In this document: in pieces, positions 25,568 to 34,306 of the stretch
Position numbering within the stretch: position 1 is the first letter of the stretch
Layout: every line of letters begins with the position of its first letter
Assembly: GCA_964620905.1 (NCBI GenBank)
Contig: CAZUKA010000001.1
Location: 519,646 to 583,645 of the forward strand
Reading direction: 5' to 3'
Source: an uncultured Gammaproteobacteria bacterium
GTDB lineage: Bacteria > Patescibacteriota > Patescibacteriia > S139-126
Length of the DNA: 64,000 nucleotides
Position numbers and translations under genes: made by a program
The notes under the pieces: model-generated
What the model was told of the DNA's origin: nothing
Databases searched by the model: none
The model's input: only the letters and a program-made list of their open reading frames with translations

Positions 25568-27352
25568 TTATTGCAATTTAGCCAAACGCATCAATATCTG
25601 ATTTACTTCCTGGGTTAACTTTTCCAAACCATCCTGGTCGTTGGATTTTTCTGCTGTAACGATCTTATGTTTTAAAGATTGTAATTTTTCGCGATAAAAA
25701 TTACGCTGCAGATTTTTCAAAACTTGTTCCCAATCACGAACAGCATCTGCTTCGGAAGAAAAATTCTTCAAATCGTCAGCCAACAACTGAATTGCCTGTA
25801 AAATTTTTATTTGTGCTGGCGAGAGGTTACTAACTTTATGAAAATCGGTCGCCAATAAAAAATCTTGCGACCAATGTGAAGTGTTATTAGTATAATACAC
25901 GATTAACTGACTGTAAAGGTCAACCTCATCTTTACCTTGTAACATCTCAGGTAAGATTACCTCTACTCCATTCACCCACCAATTAGCCCTGGACAAGAGC
26001 CAAGCTAAATAGCGCTGACTCATTCTCTGTTGCTGGGATATTTCCCGCCAAGCAATAGTCTGATTGTTGGTTTGATCGGTTGATTTCTGATTGGGCAAAC
26101 TATCCCGCAAAGCACTCTCCGAAATATTTACCAAGTTTGCCAACTTCTGCAAATAAAAATCTCGTTCAATTGGATCAGGGAGTTTGGCAATCAAAGACAA
26201 TAAATCTTGTGCTATTTTCTTTTTGCCAGCTAAAGTATCTAAATTATTGTTTTGCGAATAATAAGAAAAAAAATATTCCATAAATTCAGGTGCGCCAACA
26301 ACCATTTTTTTCCACTGACCAGGATTTTTTTGTACAAAAGAATCAGGATCCTCACCCAACGGTAAAATCAAAACATAAATATGCCAACCAGATTTAAGTG
26401 CCAACTCAGTGCTACGTAAAATTGCTTTGACACCGGCATTATCAGCATCAAAAGCAAAGACTATTTCCGCGGCATACCTTTTTAATAAAGATAATTGTTC
26501 TACAGTCAGAGCAGTTCCTGAAGTAGCTACCACATTGGTAAAACCAGCTTGGTGACAAGTCAAAACATCCATTTGTCCTTCCACCAAGACTACTCTTCCC
26601 AATGATTTTATATCTTCTTTTCCTTGAAACAAGCCATACAACACCTGACTTTTATTGTATAGAGGTGTTTCCGGGGAATTGACATATTTACCTTGATCTT
26701 TTACTGGAAAAATTAGACGGCCAGTAAAAGCTATAATCTGCCCGTGTCCATCAAACAATGGAAACATTATCCGTGACCGAAACCGATCATAAAAATCTCC
26801 TCGATCTTTTACAAACACCAGACCCGATTGTTTGATTTCATACTCACTATAACCTTTGGCCAGTAAGTGTAGTCGCAATTTATCAAAACTATCAGGTGCC
26901 CAACCAATTTTCCAAGCTTGCACAGTTTCATCTTGCAACCCACGTTGTCGTAAATAATCAAGTGCTTGCCCGCCTGTTTTAGTTTGCCATAAGTGAGCCA
27001 CAAAAAATTTTGCTGCTTCTTGCTGCAAATCTAATAGTCTAGCTTTTAAATCCAAAAGTTTAGGATCTTGTTTTTTTAATACTACCCCAGCTTTCTGGGC
27101 CAACATCCGCAAACTTTCCGGAAAATCAACATTTTCAATTTTTTTTATAAACTCATAAACATCACCGCCCTCATTACAACCAAAACAGTGCCAGAATTGC
27201 TTATCCTCTGACACCATAAATGACGGGGTTTTTTCATTGTGGAAAGGGCATAATCCTTTCCAATTACTCCCAGACTGTTTTAGTTGAGGTAAATATTCCT
27301 TGACTACCTCAACAATATTTAACTTATTTTTTATTTCCTGAATTTGGTCCAT
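25568..27352 (-). CDS. dnaG: DNA primase DnaG.
   Basis: Zinc-binding CPFHNEKTPSF...HCFGC. Toprim VLVEGQMDV and DxD. Classic dnaG-rpoD arrangement. Confidence 0.9.
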   Translation of the reverse strand: MDQIQEIKNKLNIVEVVKEYLPQLKQSGSNWKGLCPFHNEKTPSFMVSEDKQFWHCFGCNEGGDVYEFIKKIENVDFPESLRMLAQKAGVVLKKQDPKLLDLKARLLDLQQEAAKFFVAHLWQTKTGGQALDYLRQRGLQDETVQAWKIGWAPDSFDKLRLHLLAKGYSEYEIKQSGLVFVKDRGDFYDRFRSRIMFPLFDGHGQIIAFTGRLIFPVKDQGKYVNSPETPLYNKSQVLYGLFQGKEDIKSLGRVVLVEGQMDVLTCHQAGFTNVVATSGTALTVEQLSLLKRYAAEIVFAFDADNAGVKAILRSTELALKSGWHIYVLILPLGEDPDSFVQKNPGQWKKMVVGAPEFMEYFFSYYSQNNNLDTLAGKKKIAQDLLSLIAKLPDPIERDFYLQKLANLVNISESALRDSLPNQKSTDQTNNQTIAWREISQQQRMSQRYLAWLLSRANWWVNGVEVILPEMLQGKDEVDLYSQLIVYYTNNTSHWSQDFLLATDFHKVSNLSPAQIKILQAIQLLADDLKNFSSEADAVRDWEQVLKNLQRNFYREKLQSLKHKIVTAEKSNDQDGLEKLTQEVNQILMRLAKLQ

Positions 27353-27453
27353 CTTGGAATATAAATTAACTCAGCTACTTACTAAATCTTACCTTATATA
27401 TATGATAAAGGTCTAGGTTTTACTATCGACAGTTATTCCACACCAATATTAGT

Positions 27454-27482
27454 TTTGACATGTTTGTTGATATTGTCTAAGA
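27454..27482 (+). promoter_or_regulatory. Candidate sigma-70 promoter (TTGACA-17-TAAGAT).
   Basis: ttgacatgtttgttgatattgtctaagat lies about 35 nt upstream of the AAGGAG SD of ORF 27517-27711. Confidence 0.4.
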
Positions 27483-27516
27483 TAATTAAAATTTCATTTA
27501 CAATCAAGGAGAAGTT

Positions 27517-27711
27517 ATGTTACCAAAAATAAAACTTGCGAGATTCCAACGCTGGTATTATGAATTTATTTATAAATTACCTAAACCCAAACTAATGCCA
27601 CAAAAGAAAATTTGGCTGATTAAATCAGCAAGTATAGGTATCCTAATAATTTTATTTCTTTTATTTTTTTATTTTGTTGCCGATCTGTTGGTTAGAAGAT
27701 TTTTTTATTAA
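27517..27711 (+). CDS. Small membrane protein, hypothetical.
   Basis: 64 aa. Strong SD aaggag 7 nt upstream. Single transmembrane helix. Followed by a perfect terminator. Confidence 0.45.
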   Translation: MLPKIKLARFQRWYYEFIYKLPKPKLMPQKKIWLIKSASIGILIILFLLFFYFVADLLVRRFFY

Positions 27712-27713
27712 AC

Positions 27714-27741
27714 AAAGTCCCGAAAATTTCGGGACTTTTTT
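27714..27741. terminator. Rho-independent terminator.
   Basis: aaagtcccgaaaatttcgggactttttt: a 9-bp perfect stem followed by T6. Confidence 0.6.
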
Positions 27742-27767
27742 CAAACTATAAACTGTAAAATATTAAA

Positions 27768-28346
27768 TTACAATAATTTTAGCACTTGCCACCAATTGGT
27801 CACGTACTCCAGCCGACGATTTTGGTATTTGAGATAATAAGCATGCTCCCAAACATCAATTCCAAAAACTGGTATATGCCCTTGGAGATACGGCGAATCT
27901 TGATTGGCAGTAGAATAAACTTCCAATTTACCAACACTGTTTTTCACTAACCACGCCCAACCGCTACCAAATCGAGTCAGGGCACTTTGGGTAAATTTTT
28001 CTTTAAATTCTTCAACTGAACCAAAAGTAGCGATAATTTCTTTTGCTAATTTTTCATCAACTGATTTCTCGGGCGACATAATTTCCCAAAATAAGCTGTG
28101 ATTGGCATGTCCCCCGCCATTATTCCTGATTGCTACTTTATCAGCTTCATCAATTGGCAAACTTATCAACTCTCTCAACAAATCAGCCAAAGGTTTATTT
28201 AATAATTCGGGATATTTCTCCAAAACAGAATTTAGTTTATCAATATAAGTCTGGTGATGCTTAGTATGATGGATTTCCATAGTAGTTTTATCAATGTATG
28301 GTTCCAACGCATCATATTTATATGATAAATCTGGTAGTGTATACAT
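27768..28346 (-). CDS. sodA: Fe/Mn superoxide dismutase.
   Basis: LPDLSYKYDALEPYIDKTTMEIHHTKHHQTY. C-terminal DVWEHAYYL metal-binding signature. Confidence 0.9.
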   Translation of the reverse strand: MYTLPDLSYKYDALEPYIDKTTMEIHHTKHHQTYIDKLNSVLEKYPELLNKPLADLLRELISLPIDEADKVAIRNNGGGHANHSLFWEIMSPEKSVDEKLAKEIIATFGSVEEFKEKFTQSALTRFGSGWAWLVKNSVGKLEVYSTANQDSPYLQGHIPVFGIDVWEHAYYLKYQNRRLEYVTNWWQVLKLL

Positions 28347-28398
28347 ATATTAATAATTATTAATTATAAATTATAAATTTTTAATTAATTTAATTATA

Positions 28399-29256
28399 TC
28401 AAACTTGACAATTGGGGCAAAAATGTGTGCCCCGGCCGGCCAGTTTTATTTTTTTAATATTGGTTTTACAAATCTTGCACTTATCTTTGCCTCGTCCGTA
28501 TACTTGCAAATACTGAACAAAATTCCCCCGCCGTCCAAAAGTATCTACATAATTGTTAAAAGTGGTACCACGTTTAGCGATGGCTTGCTTGATAATTTTT
28601 TTAGTCTGCTTAAACAATATCTTAACCTCTTGCTTGGTCAATTTATTTACTGTTCGCATCGGTCTTACCTTGGCAGCAAAACATATCTCATCAGCATAGA
28701 TATTGCCTATACCAGCTATTAACTGCTGATTCAGTAATAATGCTTTGAGGGTGGTTTTTCTGTTCTTAAATAATTTTACCCAATTGGTGATAGTAAAATC
28801 CTTGGTCAAGGGTTCGATGCCAAATCTTTCTTTAATAAGTTGCAAATCTTTATTATCTACAATCTGCATATAACCAAAAGTGCGTATGTCATTGAAATAT
28901 AAATTACTGCCATCAGCAAAGCCAATCATGATATAAGTATATTGATTGGGGTAATCCATTTTATCTGATGTAAAACTGTGTCCGCCGACAGTTCTATTCT
29001 TATCATTTATATAAATCAATTGTCCGGTCATCTTAAGATGAGTCAATAGATATAAATTATTTTTCAGCACAAAAATTATCAGCTTACCGACGCGATCAAT
29101 CTTGACAATTTTATTATCTACCAAAGTTCTAATAAAATATTTATTTGGATTTTTTACCAATCTTGATTTTTTTATTGTGACTTTTATTATTTTTTTACCT
29201 ATTACTTGTTTGATTAAGTCACGCCGAATAGTCTCTACTTCAGGAAGTTCAGGCAT
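28399..29256 (-). CDS. mutM: Formamidopyrimidine-DNA glycosylase (Fpg/Nei family).
   Basis: N-terminal MPELPEVE catalytic Pro/Glu. C-terminal zinc finger CKICK...HFCPNCQ. Confidence 0.85.
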   Translation of the reverse strand: MPELPEVETIRRDLIKQVIGKKIIKVTIKKSRLVKNPNKYFIRTLVDNKIVKIDRVGKLIIFVLKNNLYLLTHLKMTGQLIYINDKNRTVGGHSFTSDKMDYPNQYTYIMIGFADGSNLYFNDIRTFGYMQIVDNKDLQLIKERFGIEPLTKDFTITNWVKLFKNRKTTLKALLLNQQLIAGIGNIYADEICFAAKVRPMRTVNKLTKQEVKILFKQTKKIIKQAIAKRGTTFNNYVDTFGRRGNFVQYLQVYGRGKDKCKICKTNIKKIKLAGRGTHFCPNCQV

Positions 29257-29304
29257 AGGATTAGGATTAAGGATATGGGATTAAGAAAATAGGATTAAGA
29301 ATGA

Positions 29305-30606
29305 TTATGGTTGATAAGTTACGCGGTAAACTACCCCAGCTTTGTCATCAGTAATATACATCACGCCACCAGGCTGAATCAGTATATCAACCGGCCGACC
29401 TAAAACATCTCCATTATTTAACCAACCACTAATAAAATCTTCCTCACTTTGATAATTACCTTGAGCATCAAGCCGGTAACGGACAATTTTATAACCAGTG
29501 GGCGTTGACCTGTTCCAAGAACCATGGTAAGCCACCAACAAATCATACCACATGTCTTCTGGCCAACCTTCTTCCGGAATAAATGCCAGCCCCAAAGGTG
29601 CGCTGTGAGCGGGGATATCAATCTGAGCTGGAATCTTGTCACTACAAGGATCTTGGATATATTGATTTTTATCAAAATCAGTGTCGTGTATATTTTGACC
29701 ATAACAGATAGGCCAGCCATAGTCTTTACCAGGTTGCAAAATATTTATTTCATCGGGTGGTAAATTGTCGCCCAACCAATCACGACCCATCTCGGTGGCC
29801 CAAATTTTCCCATCAACAGGATGGATAGACAGAAATGGTGCATTGCGCAGCCCCGTGGTATATTCCTGTAAATTACTACCATCCAAATCTGCTACCAAAA
29901 CTTTTGCACGACGCCAATCATCTTCATAACAAACATTGCAGGTTGAGCCAACGGCTATAAGTAGTTGAGTTTTTTCCTGCCCGTCTAGGGGAGTTTCTAT
30001 AATACTTCTGGTCCAGTGCCCACCACCAGTTGGCAAGTCAATAATTTTCTTTTTATTTATTGCCAGATCAGAGGTAAAATCATAATCAAACAATGTCACT
30101 TGGTTGGTTTCGGCTACATATAATTTACATTCGTTTTCGCTATAACATTTAACCAACAAACCGTGTGGGCGATTTAGGCCACCAACGACGGTTTTTATCT
30201 CTTCGGCTTTTCCATCACCGTCTTTATCTCGGATTTTAATTATCTTTCCTTGATTGGGCACGCTCACCAAGAAACCACCGTTAGGTGCGTGCGCTATTAC
30301 TCTGGGGTTGCCCAAATTTTCTGCAAATACAGAGATGGAAAAACTTTTAGGTAAATTTAGTGGACCTTGTTGATAATATTCTGTCTTAATAGCTTCAGAT
30401 TTGTTGTCAGTAGTTAATTCTTTTTCAATTCGTTGATTATAATTTGTTACCTGTTCTTTTAGATTTTCACTAGTATCCAACAGCCGCACAATGTTGTCAG
30501 CCGGTGGAAAAAAACCAGGAGTTATTTTTTTTAGACGTTGTATACCCAGACCAACTAAAAGAAAAAATAAAATAATTACAACTGCCCAAATTAATTTTTT
30601 GCTCAT
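29305..30606 (-). CDS. Soluble quinoprotein glucose/sorbosone dehydrogenase-like beta-propeller protein.
   Basis: N-terminal transmembrane anchor. Motifs typical of the PQQ-dependent sugar dehydrogenase (GSDH) family: GLAFIPEEGW and HGSWNRSTPTGYKIVRY. Confidence 0.6.
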   Translation of the reverse strand: MSKKLIWAVVIILFFLLVGLGIQRLKKITPGFFPPADNIVRLLDTSENLKEQVTNYNQRIEKELTTDNKSEAIKTEYYQQGPLNLPKSFSISVFAENLGNPRVIAHAPNGGFLVSVPNQGKIIKIRDKDGDGKAEEIKTVVGGLNRPHGLLVKCYSENECKLYVAETNQVTLFDYDFTSDLAINKKKIIDLPTGGGHWTRSIIETPLDGQEKTQLLIAVGSTCNVCYEDDWRRAKVLVADLDGSNLQEYTTGLRNAPFLSIHPVDGKIWATEMGRDWLGDNLPPDEINILQPGKDYGWPICYGQNIHDTDFDKNQYIQDPCSDKIPAQIDIPAHSAPLGLAFIPEEGWPEDMWYDLLVAYHGSWNRSTPTGYKIVRYRLDAQGNYQSEEDFISGWLNNGDVLGRPVDILIQPGGVMYITDDKAGVVYRVTYQP

Positions 30607-30610
30607 ATGT

Positions 30611-30922
30611 TTATTTAATTAAATTTGATTTAAGCCACTGATTGTAAGCCACATTGACCGAAGCGATATTGAGAGTCATAAGACAAGGTATTTGGTAAGG
30701 ATGATTCTTGGCTAAAAAATTTTTTACTTGTCCAGCCAATTTTTTTTCCGTCTTAAAAAACACAGCAACTTCCTTATTGTTTACAATTTTTCCTTTCCAA
30801 TTATAAATTGACCCTATAACAAATAAATTAGCACAAGCTATCAATTTACGTTTGAGTAACTTTTTTGTTAAATTGCTAGCACTAGTTTTATTGGGAAATG
30901 TTGAATAAATAATTATCATCAT
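30611..30922 (-). CDS. cutA: Divalent-cation tolerance protein CutA.
   Basis: 103 aa with the CutA1 signature: ACANL, SIYNWKGKI, KT, HPYQIPC. Confidence 0.75.
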   Translation of the reverse strand: MMIIIYSTFPNKTSASNLTKKLLKRKLIACANLFVIGSIYNWKGKIVNNKEVAVFFKTEKKLAGQVKNFLAKNHPYQIPCLMTLNIASVNVAYNQWLKSNLIK

Positions 30923-30928
30923 AATGGT

Positions 30929-31705
30929 TTATAAATAATCAAGTAAACTTTCATAATTTATAAAACTAAATAGTTGATAAAAATAAGATATCCAAGCAGC
31001 AAAACCATCGGTCAGTAAAAGCAAGCCAATAATTATCAAAAACGCCCCACCTACAATGCTTACTATTTTGAAAAATAGTTGTTTGTTTCGCAGAGCGTAA
31101 AAACCATTTCCGAGTCCGGCCGCCACCAATAAAAACGGAATGGCATGCCCTAGAGAAAAAACTGTCAGCAAAAAAGCTCCCATACTAAGGGTGGCACTTT
31201 GGGAGGCTAATAATAAAACCGTTCCTAAAATAGGACCAATACATGGTGTCCAACCAAAAGCAAATACTGCACCGAATAAAAAAGAGCTAATTGGTCGACC
31301 AGGCTTTAGCTGTTTAGTAATTTTTAAATGCCAATCATTATTTAAAAAATTCCATTTATTCAAGCTAAATTTGCCAAGTTCACTGAGTAACAGATAAAGA
31401 CCAAAAATAATAATTACTATTCCACCTAGACGTGCCAATACTAAACGATACTTGATAAGTCCTACCCCACCCAAACCAAATAAAAGTCCCAAAAAAATAA
31501 ATATTGTACTAAACCCAACCACATACAATAAACCGTTCAACAATATCCTCCGCCGAGCCGAGCTGAATAAATTTTTATCCGCCAACTCTTTAACCGATAC
31601 CCCACTGATAAAGCCCAAATATCCTGGCACTAAAGGCAAAGTACAGGGTGCAAAAAAAGTCAAAAGTCCGGCAATAAAAGCAGAAATTATCAATGCTGTA
31701 TCCAT
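30929..31705 (-). CDS. ccdA: Cytochrome c-type biogenesis / thiol-disulfide transporter CcdA (DsbD family).
   Basis: FFAPCTLPLVPGY and a second conserved Cys (GWTPCIGPILG). About 6 transmembrane segments. Confidence 0.75.
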   Translation of the reverse strand: MDTALIISAFIAGLLTFFAPCTLPLVPGYLGFISGVSVKELADKNLFSSARRRILLNGLLYVVGFSTIFIFLGLLFGLGGVGLIKYRLVLARLGGIVIIIFGLYLLLSELGKFSLNKWNFLNNDWHLKITKQLKPGRPISSFLFGAVFAFGWTPCIGPILGTVLLLASQSATLSMGAFLLTVFSLGHAIPFLLVAAGLGNGFYALRNKQLFFKIVSIVGGAFLIIIGLLLLTDGFAAWISYFYQLFSFINYESLLDYL

Positions 31706-31757
31706 AAATACTATTTTATCATTAAATTAAAAAAGACGGAAAAATCCGTCTTATTTT

Positions 31758-32291
31758 TTATAGATCAAAAGCTTTGATTAGATTGTCAGTAAAATTTTCC
31801 TGTTCCCAGCCAAGTAGATTTAGCCCGTCAGCTAAAATATCACTAGTGTAAGTTCCTTTACTTTTTAGCATCACGGCTAAATCACTTTTTTCTTGGGGCA
31901 AATTAACAGCAATATTGTATTTTGGCTTGTACCAATATACGCCACTTTGGCGAAAAGAAATATAGTGTACACAGGTTGAAATTCGGCGATCACTATGTTT
32001 GGAAACTTTAATATTATCCGGACAAGTGGTGATAGGGATATTGACAAATTGATTAGACAAAACTTTACGAAAATATTTTTTTACTGTCGGCAATGACCAA
32101 AAATTGATTATCTGCCAATAACGTTCACCAATTTCAATTAATTTTTCTTCACTATATTTATAATCTGCCAAATAATAGCATAACTTTTTTTTAAAAACTG
32201 GTATTTTTTGTCCGCCCTGATGATCAATCAATTCATTGAGTTTCAGTAAAATATTTTCCGGATCAATTAAGATTGCTTCACTTATTTCCAT
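31758..32291 (-). CDS. Hypothetical protein.
   Basis: 177 aa. No recognised motif. Confidence 0.45.
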   Translation of the reverse strand: MEISEAILIDPENILLKLNELIDHQGGQKIPVFKKKLCYYLADYKYSEEKLIEIGERYWQIINFWSLPTVKKYFRKVLSNQFVNIPITTCPDNIKVSKHSDRRISTCVHYISFRQSGVYWYKPKYNIAVNLPQEKSDLAVMLKSKGTYTSDILADGLNLLGWEQENFTDNLIKAFDL

Positions 32292-32400
32292 AGCTATTCT
32301 CCTTTATTTTTATTTGATTGTTAATGTTGTTGATAATTATTTTTAAAACCAAACAATAAAAAAGTCAACCCCAAAGTTGACTTGACAGTAAACTATTTTT

Positions 32401-33066
32401 CTAGTAAATAATATTTGTCGCCGGCAACTGCTCACGTAGTTCGGCTATCTCTACTGGCTTTAGTCGATTACCTACCAAATTTAGAGTGGTTAAATTTGGT
32501 AATTCTTTTAACACCGCGGGCAAACGTAAAAAGCTATTGCTAGATAAAAACAAATAACGTAAATTATTTAAATTGGCGAATTCCTCTGGCAGTGAAGTCA
32601 ATTGGTTGTGACTTAAATCGAGCGTGATTAAATTGGTCAAACTACCAATTTCTGTAGGTAAAGCAGTTAAATTATTACCGCTGACATCGAAAACTTTCAA
32701 TTTTTGCCAAGCGCTAATATTGTTTGGCAAAGAACCACTTAACTGATTGTTTTCTATTTTCACTTCTACTACTGCTGTCAACCGATCAATCTCCGAGGGT
32801 AAAATAGTGAGTTGATTGTTGGCTAAATTAATTTTTTGCAAATTCACCAGTTTAAAAACTTCCTTTGGGAACTCAGTTAAATTTTGACTAGATAAATCCA
32901 GAGTGTTTATATTTTCTGGGTATTTTAATTTTTTTAAATCACCCACTTTGTTTATATTTGTAATATCTGATAGTAATCGGTCTTGACTATTTAAATAATA
33001 ATAAACATACCAACCAGTAGCAATAAAAAATAAAACGATTAGAAAAATTATTATTTTTTTATTCAT
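32401..33066 (-). CDS. Leucine-rich-repeat (LRR) protein with an N-terminal transmembrane anchor.
   Basis: Tandem LxxLxLxxNxLxxLPxEI repeats (LDLSSQNLTEFPKEV, LANNQLTILPSEI, and others). Confidence 0.7.
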   Translation of the reverse strand: MNKKIIIFLIVLFFIATGWYVYYYLNSQDRLLSDITNINKVGDLKKLKYPENINTLDLSSQNLTEFPKEVFKLVNLQKINLANNQLTILPSEIDRLTAVVEVKIENNQLSGSLPNNISAWQKLKVFDVSGNNLTALPTEIGSLTNLITLDLSHNQLTSLPEEFANLNNLRYLFLSSNSFLRLPAVLKELPNLTTLNLVGNRLKPVEIAELREQLPATNIIY

Positions 33067-33069
33067 GAA

Positions 33070-33291
33070 TTATAATTTTTCAATTTCTTTTAAATCTTTA
33101 TCCGGTAAATACAATAGTAACAACCCTATCATAATCCCGCCTAGTGCTGTCCAAACATGCCCACCAGCAAATAATACTTTATCGATATAATCCAAGGTGT
33201 ACCAAATCCCTCGCCAAATCAAAACTATCCCTACTACAATATAAAGATTTTTCAAAAAATATTTTAATAAATTTCTTTTGTGGAAAAACAT
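33070..33291 (-). CDS. Small membrane protein, hypothetical.
   Basis: 73 aa with two transmembrane helices. Adjacent to the LRR gene. Confidence 0.35.
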   Translation of the reverse strand: MFFHKRNLLKYFLKNLYIVVGIVLIWRGIWYTLDYIDKVLFAGGHVWTALGGIMIGLLLLYLPDKDLKEIEKL

Positions 33292-33381
33292 ATTTTTATT
33301 TTAATCCTACGACTAAAGCTTAGAATTGAACACTTCACTAGACATAGGTGGTAATAAGCCACACGAAGCCTTAGCAAAGTG

Positions 33382-33472
33382 TGGCGGAGAGGGAGGGATT
33401 CGAACCCTCGAACAGCTATTAACCGTTACTTGCTTTCCAAGCAAGCGCACTAGACCACTATGCGACCTCTCC
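33382..33472 (-). tRNA. tRNA-Ser (GGA), long variable arm, CCA encoded.
   Basis: 91 nt. Acceptor ggagagg/cctctcc. Anticodon stem cttgc/gcaag with loop ttGGAaa. T-arm gagggttcgaatccctc. Confidence 0.85.
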
Positions 33473-33723
33473 GTAATCAGAATATTGGATTAAGAATCTA
33501 GAATATTGAATTTAGAATTATTTTTTTAATAATCTCTTATTTCTATCGGCATGCTCCCGCTTACGCGAGATTATTCTGTCCTGAGCAGCATTGAATGTCC
33601 ACCGGACATTCAATGTCATCTCGCTGCGTCCCGACCTTGTCGGGACTTGCTCATTCCTGCCCGTTCGAATCCCAACATCCGCACTCACCATTCCTAAATT
33701 CGTGACTAACGTCACAAATTTAG

Positions 33724-33814
<91 letters not shown>

Positions 33815-33907
33815 AAATTTAAATGCCTACACATATTATTATAAACTATAAATAAAATCAAGAAAAAAGCCCAGAATAAATCTGGGCTATAAAAAACAAA
33901 TGGTGTC

Positions 33908-34159
33908 TTATCTAACTTGAAAACTCAAGTCATTAACAGAAAATCTCTGTCCTGGAATAACATCAGCGGTAACGCTGCAACAAATATGTTTCTTTTTACC
34001 ATTTTTATTTATTACTACATCTGAAGCAATATTTTTAATTCTGACAGAATCATCAAAAATTTTTATTGAGACCAAATCACTTTGATCTGCCAAAGCTTGT
34101 TTCAGAATTTCTTCCGCTTGTTTATTTTCACCAATAGGTACCACAGAGATTTTTGACAT
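33908..34159 (-). CDS. Small hypothetical protein.
   Basis: 83 aa ORF. No recognised motif. Confidence 0.4.
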   Translation of the reverse strand: MSKISVVPIGENKQAEEILKQALADQSDLVSIKIFDDSVRIKNIASDVVINKNGKKKHICCSVTADVIPGQRFSVNDLSFQVR

Positions 34160-34306
34160 AATATCCTCCGAAATAAATTTTAGTTTGAGTTAAAAAAACA
34201 ATTTAAGGAACAAGGCTTTAATATTAGCATAAAAATTACTTTTTGTCAATGTAAATAAAACCCCAGACAATAGGTCTGGGGGTTTTAAAGAATAAATTCT
34301 TAAATA

